This document shows positions 37,936 through 47,259 of a stretch of DNA of 64,000 bases, in pieces (the first letter of the stretch is position 1; each line of letters begins with the position of its first letter). The DNA is taken from the NCBI GenBank assembly GCA_964529725.1, contig CAZGXV010000001.1:106458-170457 (forward strand), read 5' to 3'. The notes below the pieces were generated by a model. The model did not search any database. It saw only the letters and a program-made list of their open reading frames with translations, and had not been told where the DNA came from. A program made the position numbers and the translations under genes. Source of the stretch: an uncultured Roseibacillus sp. (GTDB lineage Bacteria > Verrucomicrobiota > Verrucomicrobiia > Verrucomicrobiales > Akkermansiaceae).

Positions 37936-39501
37936 TCAGAAAGTTGGTTCTCCCACTGCCCCCACCCGGAGGCGGAAAAATTCGCGCTCAAGCAAGGGCC
38001 GGACACTGACGTGCTCAGAAGTCTGAAATCCACCGATCGTCGATTGAGCTGAGACGCTTTCCACATTTTCCCAGTTCAGCAGGTCGCTGGAGGCTTCTAG
38101 AATTACTGAAATACCAAGAACCTCTGCGAAAGGCTGGGTCGCATATGTCAGCTGAAGCTGGTTACCTGCCTGCTCCATCGCGAGGACTTCAGTTGCCTCG
38201 GCGAGGCCACCGTTGCGGCCCAAGGCGTATTCCAATTGATTGCTCAACCCATCTCCATCAGGATCGTCAGCTGGACCGTCTTCAACCAGTCCGAGAGCCC
38301 AGCTCTGGTAGCTCTGAGCCACCTCCGTGCGTTCGCTGACCACGAGTTCACTCCCGCCATCCACCGTCAAACTTGCGGAAAAAGTCACCGCACCTGTGGG
38401 TTGATCCGGCAGGTTCAGGATGACCTCCAAGTTACTTCCCGCATTACTAGCTAAACCACCTCGAAGCGCGCGAAGAGTCGATCCTCCATTTTCCACCACC
38501 CAGCCCGCTCCACTGGCCGAGGAAAAGTTGGCGCCAGCATCGCAATTGAGTGACAGCACCAAGTTATGAGCCAAGTCACCCTTGGCCGAGTTGCTAACGG
38601 TGAGAGTGTAGCTCACGCCCTGGGAGGAAATGGCCGGGTCAGCAGACTCAACCAGCGAAAGCCCCAGATCGGGAATGGTCGTATTCAGTCTCTTTGCGTG
38701 ATAGCCATCTTCTTCCAAAACGGCATCGATTCGGTCCAAGTAGTGAGGCACGAAGGCATCGTAGCAAGTGTAGGTCGTCCTCAGGAACCTCGAGGTCTCC
38801 AGCACTGCGGAGTGGGTTCCCACCAAGGCCAGACCTTCTTCGGTTCTAACCGCTGAGGGACTCCCCGAATCGCCACCTACCACGTAGCCGTCATCATCGC
38901 CAACTCCGGGATCGGTGTAGACAAAGGTGAGTCCTCTCGTCTCGCGAATGCCCGAACCGGATTCCCCGCCAAAGTCAGCAATACGGGAAATCGTCGCTTG
39001 CGCGGAACGCGATCGCTGGCCGCTGATCACAATCTCAGTTCCCACGTAATTCGCCTCGGATGTGAGGTTGTAAATCGGAACGACCGAAATCAAATCCTCC
39101 TCGGGAATAGGCTCCGAAAGCTCACCGATGAAGAGGTCACTTGCGAGGGCCGGAGACTGATCGTTCAGAATGGGGTGACGCTCGGCGATGGGATAGCTTT
39201 TGATGACGCCATCGCGGTTCTGGAATTGCACCTGCTGCCCGACCCTTGGCCGAAAGTGGGCCGCTCCAACAAAGTGCTTCGGTGAAATGAGGGTCAGATG
39301 CCTGCGGGTATCAGCTTCGCTCCAGCCAAAACCAGACCAATCCTCATCTTTGAGGTAAAAGCCGGGATTAGAGGCTAGATTACTTGGGAAATTGACAAAA
39401 CGATCATGCCTTGCGGGATCGTAGGCACGGACCTCCAAAGCCATCACTCCCCCTAGATGGAAGAATGAGAGCAGTAGGATGAGCGGCAGCAATTGATTCA
39501 T
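37936..39501 (-). CDS. Secreted S1-like serine protease with DUF11-like Ig domain and C-terminal FFRL domain
   Basis: Signal peptide; triad VGAAHF / SDLFIGEL / GGDSGSP; PDL.LSL..SADP...YTLTVSN; DPDGDGLSNQLEYALG...EFFRLRV. Confidence 0.8.
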   Translation of the reverse strand: MNQLLPLILLLSFFHLGGVMALEVRAYDPARHDRFVNFPSNLASNPGFYLKDEDWSGFGWSEADTRRHLTLISPKHFVGAAHFRPRVGQQVQFQNRDGVIKSYPIAERHPILNDQSPALASDLFIGELSEPIPEEDLISVVPIYNLTSEANYVGTEIVISGQRSRSAQATISRIADFGGESGSGIRETRGLTFVYTDPGVGDDDGYVVGGDSGSPSAVRTEEGLALVGTHSAVLETSRFLRTTYTCYDAFVPHYLDRIDAVLEEDGYHAKRLNTTIPDLGLSLVESADPAISSQGVSYTLTVSNSAKGDLAHNLVLSLNCDAGANFSSASGAGWVVENGGSTLRALRGGLASNAGSNLEVILNLPDQPTGAVTFSASLTVDGGSELVVSERTEVAQSYQSWALGLVEDGPADDPDGDGLSNQLEYALGRNGGLAEATEVLAMEQAGNQLQLTYATQPFAEVLGISVILEASSDLLNWENVESVSAQSTIGGFQTSEHVSVRPLLEREFFRLRVGAVGEPTF

Positions 39502-39565
39502 CTTGAAAGCGGGGATTTTTCAAAAAAACGACCCCTCTAAACATTAGATCCATATTTCAGAAAAA

Positions 39566-39813
39566 CTAGGCCTAGTGGGCAAATTGGAAACTTTTCTATT
39601 TCGCGAATTCCGACGCTCGCACTGCTGCTCTTTTGAAAGATAAAACGACAGAGATGACGGATGTGCTGCTCAAGCACCTAAAAAATTAACAGAGGGTCGC
39701 CGAGCGTCGAGTTATGACTCGTTATGATCGCTTGAGTGAAACTTACCTTGCCTTCGTATTACTCTCATCATTAATGGATTGGACCAGACAATCAATTTAT
39801 CCACTGGACCTAA
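39566..39813 (+). mobile_element. Internally deleted IS5-family (IS427-like) remnant, ~248 bp, with both imperfect terminal inverted repeats
   Basis: Left end CTAGGCCTAGTGGGCAAA vs reverse complement of right end TTAGGTCCAGTGGATAAA (13/18). Contains an RRVMTRYDRLSETYLAFVLLSSLMDW transposase tail. Confidence 0.75.
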
Positions 39814-39885
39814 CGCCCTGAAACTAAGCTAAAGTCTTCCCTCTTCGTCCTTGCCCTCCTCATCTTAAACTGTTCTCATGAGCAG

Positions 39886-41133
39886 ATGCCAAGAACACGG
39901 TCCATAATCAGTCTCTTCACCGGAGCCGGTGGACTTGATCTTGGCTTTGAGGCAGCTGGATTCGAAACCGCCGTAGCAGTAGAATTCGATGATAAGTGCG
40001 TTGAAACCCTGCGGCACAATCGCTCTTGGCCAGTGATTCACCGCGATATCCATGAGGTGACATCACAGGAGCTTCTCAAGACCGCTAGTCTCAAGAAGCG
40101 GGAAGCCACCGTCCTCATCGGCGGCCCTCCTTGCCAGCCTTTTTCGAAGTCGGGCTTTTGGGCGACAGGAGAATCAAAGCGCCTTAGAGATCCACGCGCT
40201 TCTACCCTCGATGCCTACCTCCGTATCCTTGAAGACACCCTCCCTGAAACCTTCTTGCTCGAAAATGTTTCCGGCCTAGCCTTCAAAGGAAAATCCGAAG
40301 GACTCGACTACCTCAAGGTTCAAGTCGCTTCCATCAACAAGCGGCAGAAAACCAATTATAAAATCGAGGTCTTCAACGTAAACGCCGCTCAGTTCGGTGT
40401 ACCACAGACGCGCGAACGCATGCTCCTGATTGCTCATCGTGAAGGCTTGCCCTTCGGAACCCTCTCCCCGACCCATGCTTGGCACCGCGATGCCTCCAAG
40501 CAACTCGACTTTGCTGATTTCGGATTGTCTGAACCGACCAATGCTTGGGACGCCATTGGTCACTTAAAACCAAACCCTCAAGAGCTCCTGCAAATGCGAG
40601 GCAAATGGGCGGACCTGCTTCCCTCCATTCCCGAAGGAGAGAACTATCTCTACCATACCGAGCGCGGTAACGGAAAACCCCTCTTTGGATGGCGTCGCCG
40701 CTTCTGGAACTTTCTTCTCAAGTTATCCAAGGACAAACCCTCATGGACCCTCACCGCACAACCCGGCCCCGCTACAGGTCCCTTTCATTGGGATAACCGC
40801 CATCTCTCCGCCAAGGAACTCTGTGCTCTGCAAACATTTCCTGCCGACTATGAGATTCTCGGCACTCGTAGCGATGTCCAAAAACAAGTCGGCAATGCCG
40901 TTCCTTCTGCCCTCGCAGAAATCGTCGCGCTGAAGATGCGAGCGCGCTTCTTCGACGAACCTGATTGTGAATCTCAGCAAGCATCCCTCGTCCCTGCCAA
41001 AGCCTCTACTCTTCCCAAACCGAAACGCCCCCGTCCTGTGCCCCAAAAATATCAAGAATTGATCGGGGAACATTCCGCTCATCCCGGCACGGGAAAAGGC
41101 TACGGCGCAACCAAGGCCGAAGCCACCACCTAA
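39886..41133 (+). CDS. DNA (cytosine-5)-methyltransferase
   Basis: SLFTGAGGLDLG (I), GGPPCQPFS (IV), ENVSGL (VI), QTRER (VIII), LQTFP (IX), VGNAVP (X). Confidence 0.97.
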   Translation: MPRTRSIISLFTGAGGLDLGFEAAGFETAVAVEFDDKCVETLRHNRSWPVIHRDIHEVTSQELLKTASLKKREATVLIGGPPCQPFSKSGFWATGESKRLRDPRASTLDAYLRILEDTLPETFLLENVSGLAFKGKSEGLDYLKVQVASINKRQKTNYKIEVFNVNAAQFGVPQTRERMLLIAHREGLPFGTLSPTHAWHRDASKQLDFADFGLSEPTNAWDAIGHLKPNPQELLQMRGKWADLLPSIPEGENYLYHTERGNGKPLFGWRRRFWNFLLKLSKDKPSWTLTAQPGPATGPFHWDNRHLSAKELCALQTFPADYEILGTRSDVQKQVGNAVPSALAEIVALKMRARFFDEPDCESQQASLVPAKASTLPKPKRPRPVPQKYQELIGEHSAHPGTGKGYGATKAEATT

Positions 41134-41152
41134 GACATCAAGGTGCAAGCTC

Positions 41153-42331
41153 ATGGACTACCGCCGCTACACCGTCAGCCGTTCCAGTAAGGAGCCTCTC
41201 CTTCAGTTTGTCCTCAACTCCCTTAGAGAATCAGGATGTCGCATCTTAAAGGCCTCCGATCCGAGCATAGCGCCTTTTCGGATCACCTTTGAATATCCTA
41301 GTGGCCTCCGCATGGGCATCATCTTTTACGCCTTCTTCGCCAATTCCAAACAAACGAAAAACCGCCCCGACGACGAACACCGCTTTCAGATTAAATACGG
41401 GAAAAAAGACGGGCTCGAACATCTCATTTGGCAAGACCCCTACGAAATCTATACCACCCTACTTTTAGGAATTGATTTGGAGCGAGGAGTCTTTGTGGGC
41501 CTCGATCCTCTCCTCCATCAGCTCACCAAGTTTTTTATCTCCGTCGAATTTAAGCGTCTTGAAGTCGAGACGATCCTCGAAAAAAGCTGGCACTGCTGGG
41601 AACGTAGCAAGCGTAGTGGAGATGATTCTCCCGTCGAAGTCATGGTCGGTGGACAAAGCCATCGCTTCTTGGATTACATCCGCTTTGAGCAATCAGCCAA
41701 AGGACTGGATCAAGGTCATCGCTACCTTCTAGCCGAAAAACTAGATTCTTACCTCACACGTGTTTCTTACGAAAATCCAAGCTCGCCCACCGAACTCAAA
41801 CAACCACGAGCAACAACTATTCAATCCTTTGAGGAGGACTTTGGACTCCCGATTGGAGACATCCTCACCATCATTCAGAGTACGCCTCGTCTTCTCATGC
41901 CCGTGCGCGGATGGATTGCTGAGCGCCACCTCAAAAACCTCCTCGAAGAAACCCAAGGCATCAACTCCTGCCGCCAACTCGAAGAAGACGGCCGTCCCGA
42001 CTTTGAAGTTTGCTACCAAGGCAGTACACCTATTCTTATCGAATGCAAAAACGTGCTGCGCAAAACTCTTGCGGATGGCACCATTCGAGTGGACTTCCAA
42101 AAAACTCGAGCATCCAAAAATGACCCTTGCTCCAGATTCTACCGACCAAGCGACTTTGAAATTCTAGCTGCCTGCCTCCATCCCTGCACCGAGCAATGGG
42201 AATTCCGGTTTCAACTCACTCGTAAGATGGCCTTGCGAGCAAAAAACTGCCCCGAACACCTCAACAACAACGTCCGAGTTGACGATTCATGGCTCACCTC
42301 ACCTGCTGAAGCGCTCTCAATGACCGCGTAA
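41153..42331 (+). CDS. Putative restriction endonuclease: N-terminal methylase-associated (MTaX1-like) domain plus C-terminal PD-(D/E)xK nuclease
   Basis: RGWIAERH...GRPDF...IECKN catalytic pattern; N-terminal NRPDDEHRFQIKYG; 19 bp downstream of the MTase. Confidence 0.75.
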   Translation: MDYRRYTVSRSSKEPLLQFVLNSLRESGCRILKASDPSIAPFRITFEYPSGLRMGIIFYAFFANSKQTKNRPDDEHRFQIKYGKKDGLEHLIWQDPYEIYTTLLLGIDLERGVFVGLDPLLHQLTKFFISVEFKRLEVETILEKSWHCWERSKRSGDDSPVEVMVGGQSHRFLDYIRFEQSAKGLDQGHRYLLAEKLDSYLTRVSYENPSSPTELKQPRATTIQSFEEDFGLPIGDILTIIQSTPRLLMPVRGWIAERHLKNLLEETQGINSCRQLEEDGRPDFEVCYQGSTPILIECKNVLRKTLADGTIRVDFQKTRASKNDPCSRFYRPSDFEILAACLHPCTEQWEFRFQLTRKMALRAKNCPEHLNNNVRVDDSWLTSPAEALSMTA

Positions 42332-42357
42332 GAGAGTGCCCTTTAAGCCAGCACGTC

Positions 42358-42640
42358 CTAAGTCCGGCGGACAAATTGGAAGCTTTGAAAATCAGTGCTT
42401 TGGAAAAGCACTAAGGGAGGCAGTAACACCAAACTGCATGCAATGACCAACAAAGAAGGGTCGACACAAACCTGCCTTCTATTTTTCGCACATTGGAAAG
42501 AAGAGACACGTTGTCGAAAACTACTTCTTCCGTATCACAAACGACACCGTCGAGTTGCGACGCGTTACGGTCACTTGAGCGAGACTTATCTTACCTCCTA
42601 TTACCTTCATTGCTAACGGATTGGCTTAGGCAATCAATTT
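42358..42640 (+). mobile_element. Second, differently deleted and frameshifted IS5-family remnant in the same orientation
   Basis: Left end CTAAGTCCGGCGGACAAATTGGAAGCTTT matches copy 1. Fragments across frames: ENQCFGK / GGSNTKLHA, KRHVVENYF, RHRRVATRYGHLSETYL. The 3' ~95 nt align with copy 1 to CAATCAATTT. Confidence 0.8.
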
Positions 42641-42712
42641 GAATTCTTAAATCCGATCCATCCGATCCTTCCTGTTCTCATTTCACCGAATTTTTTCCTC
42701 GCTTGATCGCCC
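42637..42712. repeat. Partial copy (3' half) of dispersed intergenic repeat
   Basis: TTTGAATTCTTAAAT...TCTCATTTCACCGAATT...GCTTGATCG matches 54656-54730. Confidence 0.75.
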
Positions 42713-42870
42713 GGACATTTCGGCCCTTTAGAAGAGCTCTACGGCTTTTCCGCCCGCAAAGCTTCGCAAAAATCGGATCTGAAGAACGGTTCTTTGGATT
42801 TTTGTCAGGAAATTTCATCAAGGACACCCCGGGGTAGCCAAGTGCCGCCCATCCCGATAGAGTACGGCCG

Positions 42871-44256
42871 ATGACACCAACGGACACCCTTTCTCAAGAG
42901 GAAGAGACCAACACCTGGGAAGCACTGGAAGGGGCGCTGCAAGCTACTGACTCCGAGAACGCGAAGGCGATTCTCGATAACCTCGACGCGGAGGACCAGG
43001 CCCGTGCGGTGTCGCGTTTGTCACAGGAAAACCGGGAAGCATTGGTCAAGACCTTGCGGTGCCAAGATTTCGCCCAACTTTTGGAAGAGTTGCCAGAAGC
43101 GCAAGCGGTCGAACTCCTGGAAACTCTTCCCAGCGGGCAAACCGCTGATGCCGTGGGCTGTCTGCCTCCGGAGACCAGCAGCCGTCTCCTCCGCGAGCTT
43201 GAAGAAGAAGAAACAGCGGAAATTCTCGAGGAAATCAGTGACCCCGAGAGCCTCACTGAGCTCAAGAACCGGCTCGAGTATGAAGAGGGCTGCGCCGGCA
43301 GTCTTATGCGTGGCAGTCCTGTTTCTTTTTCACAAGAAATCACGGTGCGACAATTGCTCGATGACCTTCACGACCGAGCCGACGATTACTCTGACCGCGA
43401 CATCCAGTATCTCTACGTCACCGATCATGCCGGGAAGCTCACCGGAGTGATGCAGCTGCGCCAGCTCTTTTGGGCACCGCGCGATAAGAAGCTCAAGGAG
43501 CTCATGATTCCTGATCCTCTCTCCGTTTCCGATCTCTTGGATTTCCACGAACTCGCTGAGATTTTTCAAAAGCGCCCCTTTCTTGGCCTTCCCGTTGTCG
43601 ATGGGGATGGCAAGCTTCTTGGAGTCGTTCCGCGCGACACGGTCCAGCGGGAAACGTCGGACGAACAAACCGAGCTCTATCTCCAATCGCAAGGTATTGT
43701 CGATGGTGAAGAATTACGCTCGATGCCGCTCTTTGACCGTTGTCGCAAACGTCTCGCTTGGCTGGCGCCTAACATCATTTTGAACCTTGCTGCAGCCAGC
43801 GTCATCGCGGCCAACGAGGCCACGCTCAAGGAAGTGATCGCGCTCGCGGTCTTTCTGCCCATTGTCTCCGACATGTCTGGTTGTAGCGGGAACCAGGCCG
43901 TGGCGGTCAGCATTCGGGAACTCACTCTCGGTATTCTTCGCCCGCGCGATTTCTTGAGAGTCGTTTTCAAGGAAGGACTCGTAGGCATCATCAACGGAAC
44001 GCTCTTGGGAATACTCCTTGGCATCGTCGCTGCCTTGTGGAAAGACAACTTCTACCTCGGTGGAGTGGTCGCGCTAGCCTTGGCCATGAACACCGTTCTC
44101 TCCGTTCTGTTAGGTGGCCTGGTCCCCCTTTTCCTCAAAAGCCGCAAAGTCGATCCCGCTCTCGCCAGCGGACCTATCCTGACGACCTGCACCGATATGT
44201 GCGGCTTCTTCCTCGTTCTTTCTTTCGCTTCCGCTGTTTTGGAAAAGCTTGTTTGA
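42871..44256 (+). CDS. mgtE: Magnesium transporter MgtE
   Basis: MgtE N-domain, CBS pair, RLAWL, SDMSGCSGNQ, DPALASGP.LTT.TD. Confidence 0.95.
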   Translation: MTPTDTLSQEEETNTWEALEGALQATDSENAKAILDNLDAEDQARAVSRLSQENREALVKTLRCQDFAQLLEELPEAQAVELLETLPSGQTADAVGCLPPETSSRLLRELEEEETAEILEEISDPESLTELKNRLEYEEGCAGSLMRGSPVSFSQEITVRQLLDDLHDRADDYSDRDIQYLYVTDHAGKLTGVMQLRQLFWAPRDKKLKELMIPDPLSVSDLLDFHELAEIFQKRPFLGLPVVDGDGKLLGVVPRDTVQRETSDEQTELYLQSQGIVDGEELRSMPLFDRCRKRLAWLAPNIILNLAAASVIAANEATLKEVIALAVFLPIVSDMSGCSGNQAVAVSIRELTLGILRPRDFLRVVFKEGLVGIINGTLLGILLGIVAALWKDNFYLGGVVALALAMNTVLSVLLGGLVPLFLKSRKVDPALASGPILTTCTDMCGFFLVLSFASAVLEKLV

Positions 44257-44304
44257 CGAGTCATTCCCTTGCCGCAAATTTCAAGAAACTATTTTTGTTA
44301 GAAT

Positions 44305-45321
44305 ATGAAACTATTATCAACTTTTGCAGCTCTCACGCTCTGTCTGGGCGCGGAGGAAGAAACTGACCCAGTCATCGTCAGCTCTGATCCGTCCTTCCAC
44401 AAACTGATCAGTCCCCATGCCGAGCTGGAGGTCCTCGCATCTGGCTTCGGGTGGTCTGAGGGGCCCGTTTGGGACGTTAAAAACGACCGTCTGCTCTTCT
44501 CCGACGTTCCTCACAACGTCGTGCATTCGTGGTCGGAAGCAGAAGGCTTGAATGTCTACCTGAAGCGGTCAGGTTACACTGGCCCCGCCAAAGGCTCTCG
44601 CGAACCCGGCTCCAACGGACTGGCCTTCGACGCCCAAGGACGCCTCCTGACCTGTGAACACGGGGACCGCCGCCTCTCTATCCTCACCATCAATGGCGGC
44701 AAACGCACTTTAATCGACAACTACCAAGGAAAGAGATTGAACTCGCCCAACGACCTCGTGGTTCACTCCTCGGGTAGTATCTTCTTTACCGATCCTCCCT
44801 ACGGTCTTCCCAATCAGGGCAAAGGGCCCGAACGTGAAATGCCCGAGAATGGCGTCTACCGTCTTGATCCCGATGGAACCTTAGTCCAGGTGATCGGCGA
44901 CTTGGTGAGGCCCAACGGGGTCACGCTCTCACCGGATGAACGCACTCTTTACGTAGCCCAATCCCATCAGCCCGCTGCTCATATCCTGAGCTATCCTATC
45001 GACGACAACTTGGAGCTAGGGCCAGCAAAAATCCTTTTCGATTCTGCTCTTCTTGAAGGAAATCTTCCCGGGCTCCCCGACGGTCTCAAGGTGGATCGTG
45101 AAGGCAACATTTGGAGCACCGGTCCTGGAGGCATTTTTGTTCTCTCCCCCAAAGGAAAGCTCTTGGGTCGAATCCTAACAGGAAGGAGAACAGCCAATCT
45201 CACCTGGGGAGGAAAGGGCCTAACAACTCTCTATCTCACCGCTCATCAAGACCTACTCAGAATACCGACCTTAACTAGTGGAACAAATCCATCTAACGAC
45301 ACTGACGATAAGAGTGATTGA
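44305..45321 (+). CDS. SMP-30/gluconolactonase family protein (secreted)
   Basis: WSEGPVW, SNGLAFD, NSPNDLV, FTDPPYG, PNGVTLSPD, PDGLKVD. Confidence 0.93.
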   Translation: MKLLSTFAALTLCLGAEEETDPVIVSSDPSFHKLISPHAELEVLASGFGWSEGPVWDVKNDRLLFSDVPHNVVHSWSEAEGLNVYLKRSGYTGPAKGSREPGSNGLAFDAQGRLLTCEHGDRRLSILTINGGKRTLIDNYQGKRLNSPNDLVVHSSGSIFFTDPPYGLPNQGKGPEREMPENGVYRLDPDGTLVQVIGDLVRPNGVTLSPDERTLYVAQSHQPAAHILSYPIDDNLELGPAKILFDSALLEGNLPGLPDGLKVDREGNIWSTGPGGIFVLSPKGKLLGRILTGRRTANLTWGGKGLTTLYLTAHQDLLRIPTLTSGTNPSNDTDDKSD

Positions 45322-45360
45322 TATAGAAATAAATCCTGATATCATTGCTTAGACAACGCA

Positions 45361-46599
45361 ATGAGTAAGATTACCTACGATTTTATCGTTATCGGAGCTG
45401 GCCTTTCCGGTCTTTCTTGCGCGCTGAAACTTCAGGAATCGGGGCAACAGGTCTTAGTCCTCGAAAAATCAGACGGCCCAGGAGGGAGAGTCCGTACCGA
45501 CGAAGTGGACGGTTACCTGTTAGACCGAGGCTTTCAAGTCTATCTCGACGCCTACCCGACCGCAGGCGAACTCTTTGACCTCAAGGCCCTTGATTTAAGA
45601 AAATTCGAGCCCGGGGCATTAGTTTTTTCGGATCAGAAGCTTCACCGGGTGATGGACGTCTTCCGGCGTCCAAGACACCTGTTCACGAGCGCCTTTGCGC
45701 CGGTAGGTAACTTATTTGACAAGGCCCTCGTGGCTCGCTTGCGCGCTCATGTCGCGAAGCTGACCTGCGAGGAGATCGCGCAGGGCGACGACCTCACCAC
45801 CGCCGATTTTCTGCGTCGTTATGGATTTAGCGAGCGGATGATAGATGGCTTCTTCCGTTGCTTTTACGGAGGAATCTTCTTGGAACGCGAGCTCCGAACT
45901 TCGAGCCAGATGTTCGAGTTTACCTTCAAGATGTTTTCGCGTGGCTCGGCCACTTTACCCGCAAACGGCATGGGAGAATTTTCCCGTCAACTGGCAGAAC
46001 GCCTGGGTGAGGACCACATACGCTATCACGCTCAAGTCACCGACCTTTGCGAACATGATATCCGCCTCAGCACCGGAGAAGTGCTGACCGCAAAAAAGAT
46101 TATCATCGCGACTCCTCCCGATGTCACTCAGCGACTGCTGCCAGCTCTCAAGCTCCCGAAGACTTCGTGGCGCTCGGTCACGAACCTTTACTTCTCCGCC
46201 GATCAGTCCCCTCTCAAGGAAGCCATCTTGGCTCTTAATGGCGAAAGGGAAGGCCTCACAAATAATGTCGCTGTTCTAACAGATGTCTCTCCTAACTATG
46301 CTCCCAAAGGGAAAGCACTCATCTCGGTTTCTCTCCTTGGACTGCCCGAAGAGGAGGATTTACCCGCTCAGGTCATCAAGGAACTTGTCGCATGGTTTGG
46401 TCCCGAGGTGATAGACTGGAGACATCTGCGCACCGACCGGATTCCGCGTGCGTTGCCTGAACAAAAGCCAGGTCCTACTCCACTCCCGGAACCGTCCCTG
46501 CCCTACTTTCTTTGTGGTGATTATCAGGTCTCGGCTTCAATCGAAGGAGCGATTATCTCTGGGCAACAAGCTGCTCAGAAGGCCTTGGCGCAGGGCTGA
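45361..46599 (+). CDS. FAD-dependent oxidoreductase (amine oxidase/protoporphyrinogen oxidase-like)
   Basis: IGAGLSGL, GGRVRTD, LDRGFQV, CGDY..SASIEGAI.SG. Confidence 0.88.
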   Translation: MSKITYDFIVIGAGLSGLSCALKLQESGQQVLVLEKSDGPGGRVRTDEVDGYLLDRGFQVYLDAYPTAGELFDLKALDLRKFEPGALVFSDQKLHRVMDVFRRPRHLFTSAFAPVGNLFDKALVARLRAHVAKLTCEEIAQGDDLTTADFLRRYGFSERMIDGFFRCFYGGIFLERELRTSSQMFEFTFKMFSRGSATLPANGMGEFSRQLAERLGEDHIRYHAQVTDLCEHDIRLSTGEVLTAKKIIIATPPDVTQRLLPALKLPKTSWRSVTNLYFSADQSPLKEAILALNGEREGLTNNVAVLTDVSPNYAPKGKALISVSLLGLPEEEDLPAQVIKELVAWFGPEVIDWRHLRTDRIPRALPEQKPGPTPLPEPSLPYFLCGDYQVSASIEGAIISGQQAAQKALAQG

Positions 46600-46613
46600 C
46601 TGCTTTCTAGCTC

Positions 46614-47171
46614 TTACTCCGCCACTTTCTCAGGCCCGACACTGAACTCTGTCGCCAGCTCAGTTAGTGCCCGGTTTTCCTCCTCGAGTCCTGCCAAGGT
46701 TAATCGGCACATAAAGGTCTCATGAGCGCCAATCTGATAATAAACCCGGACCGTGCGTCGTATCGACTCAATGAGCATCTCTAGGATTTGCTTCGCTTCT
46801 AATTCCACCAATTCCGGAATCGCAAACTCGGAGCAATCCACTACCACGTCCAAATCTTCCCCTTCGCGAGAAACCTCCAACTTCAGGCCACAAAGGACGA
46901 GTAAGTTAGCTTCCTCGACCTCATAGGTGGGATTATTGGTATCGAATTGGAACGGCATCGCGACCGCCTTAACCAGGTCCTCTGGGAAAGCACCCGAGAG
47001 CACCAAGGGGCGACTGGTCACTGCGGCCTGGACGAGGTCTCCCCGCACTCCGTACTCGGTGGCACTATCAGTATCGTGGTAGGATACTGGCTGAAAGACC
47101 GTCACCACCTCTTTGGTGACACTCCAACAGTGTCCCCCCAGCAGAATCAAGAGCATTGCCACTTTCATCAT
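46614..47171 (-). CDS. Hypothetical secreted protein
   Basis: Signal-like N-terminus; fills the gap between convergent and divergent neighbours; no motif recognised. Confidence 0.6.
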   Translation of the reverse strand: MMKVAMLLILLGGHCWSVTKEVVTVFQPVSYHDTDSATEYGVRGDLVQAAVTSRPLVLSGAFPEDLVKAVAMPFQFDTNNPTYEVEEANLLVLCGLKLEVSREGEDLDVVVDCSEFAIPELVELEAKQILEMLIESIRRTVRVYYQIGAHETFMCRLTLAGLEEENRALTELATEFSVGPEKVAE

Positions 47172-47259
47172 TTCAAGTTGGATTCAACAGGCGGTCATAA
47201 CCAGCACGATCAACGTCTTGAAACTTGACTCTCGGGCTATCATTCGTCCCTCTTGGTCC

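Noticed and set aside
39886-42331. Assigning the locus to multi-gene systems such as MADS, DISARM or BREX
   Set aside because: Only two genes lie between the IS relics; no ATPase, helicase, kinase or S subunit is present.
42395-42616. 73-aa ORF as a real gene
   Set aside because: It is a patchwork of frameshifted IS5 transposase fragments; treated as an IS relic.
42716-42870. M-box (ykoK) riboswitch upstream of mgtE
   Set aside because: No recognisable conserved core; the region is partly repeat-derived.
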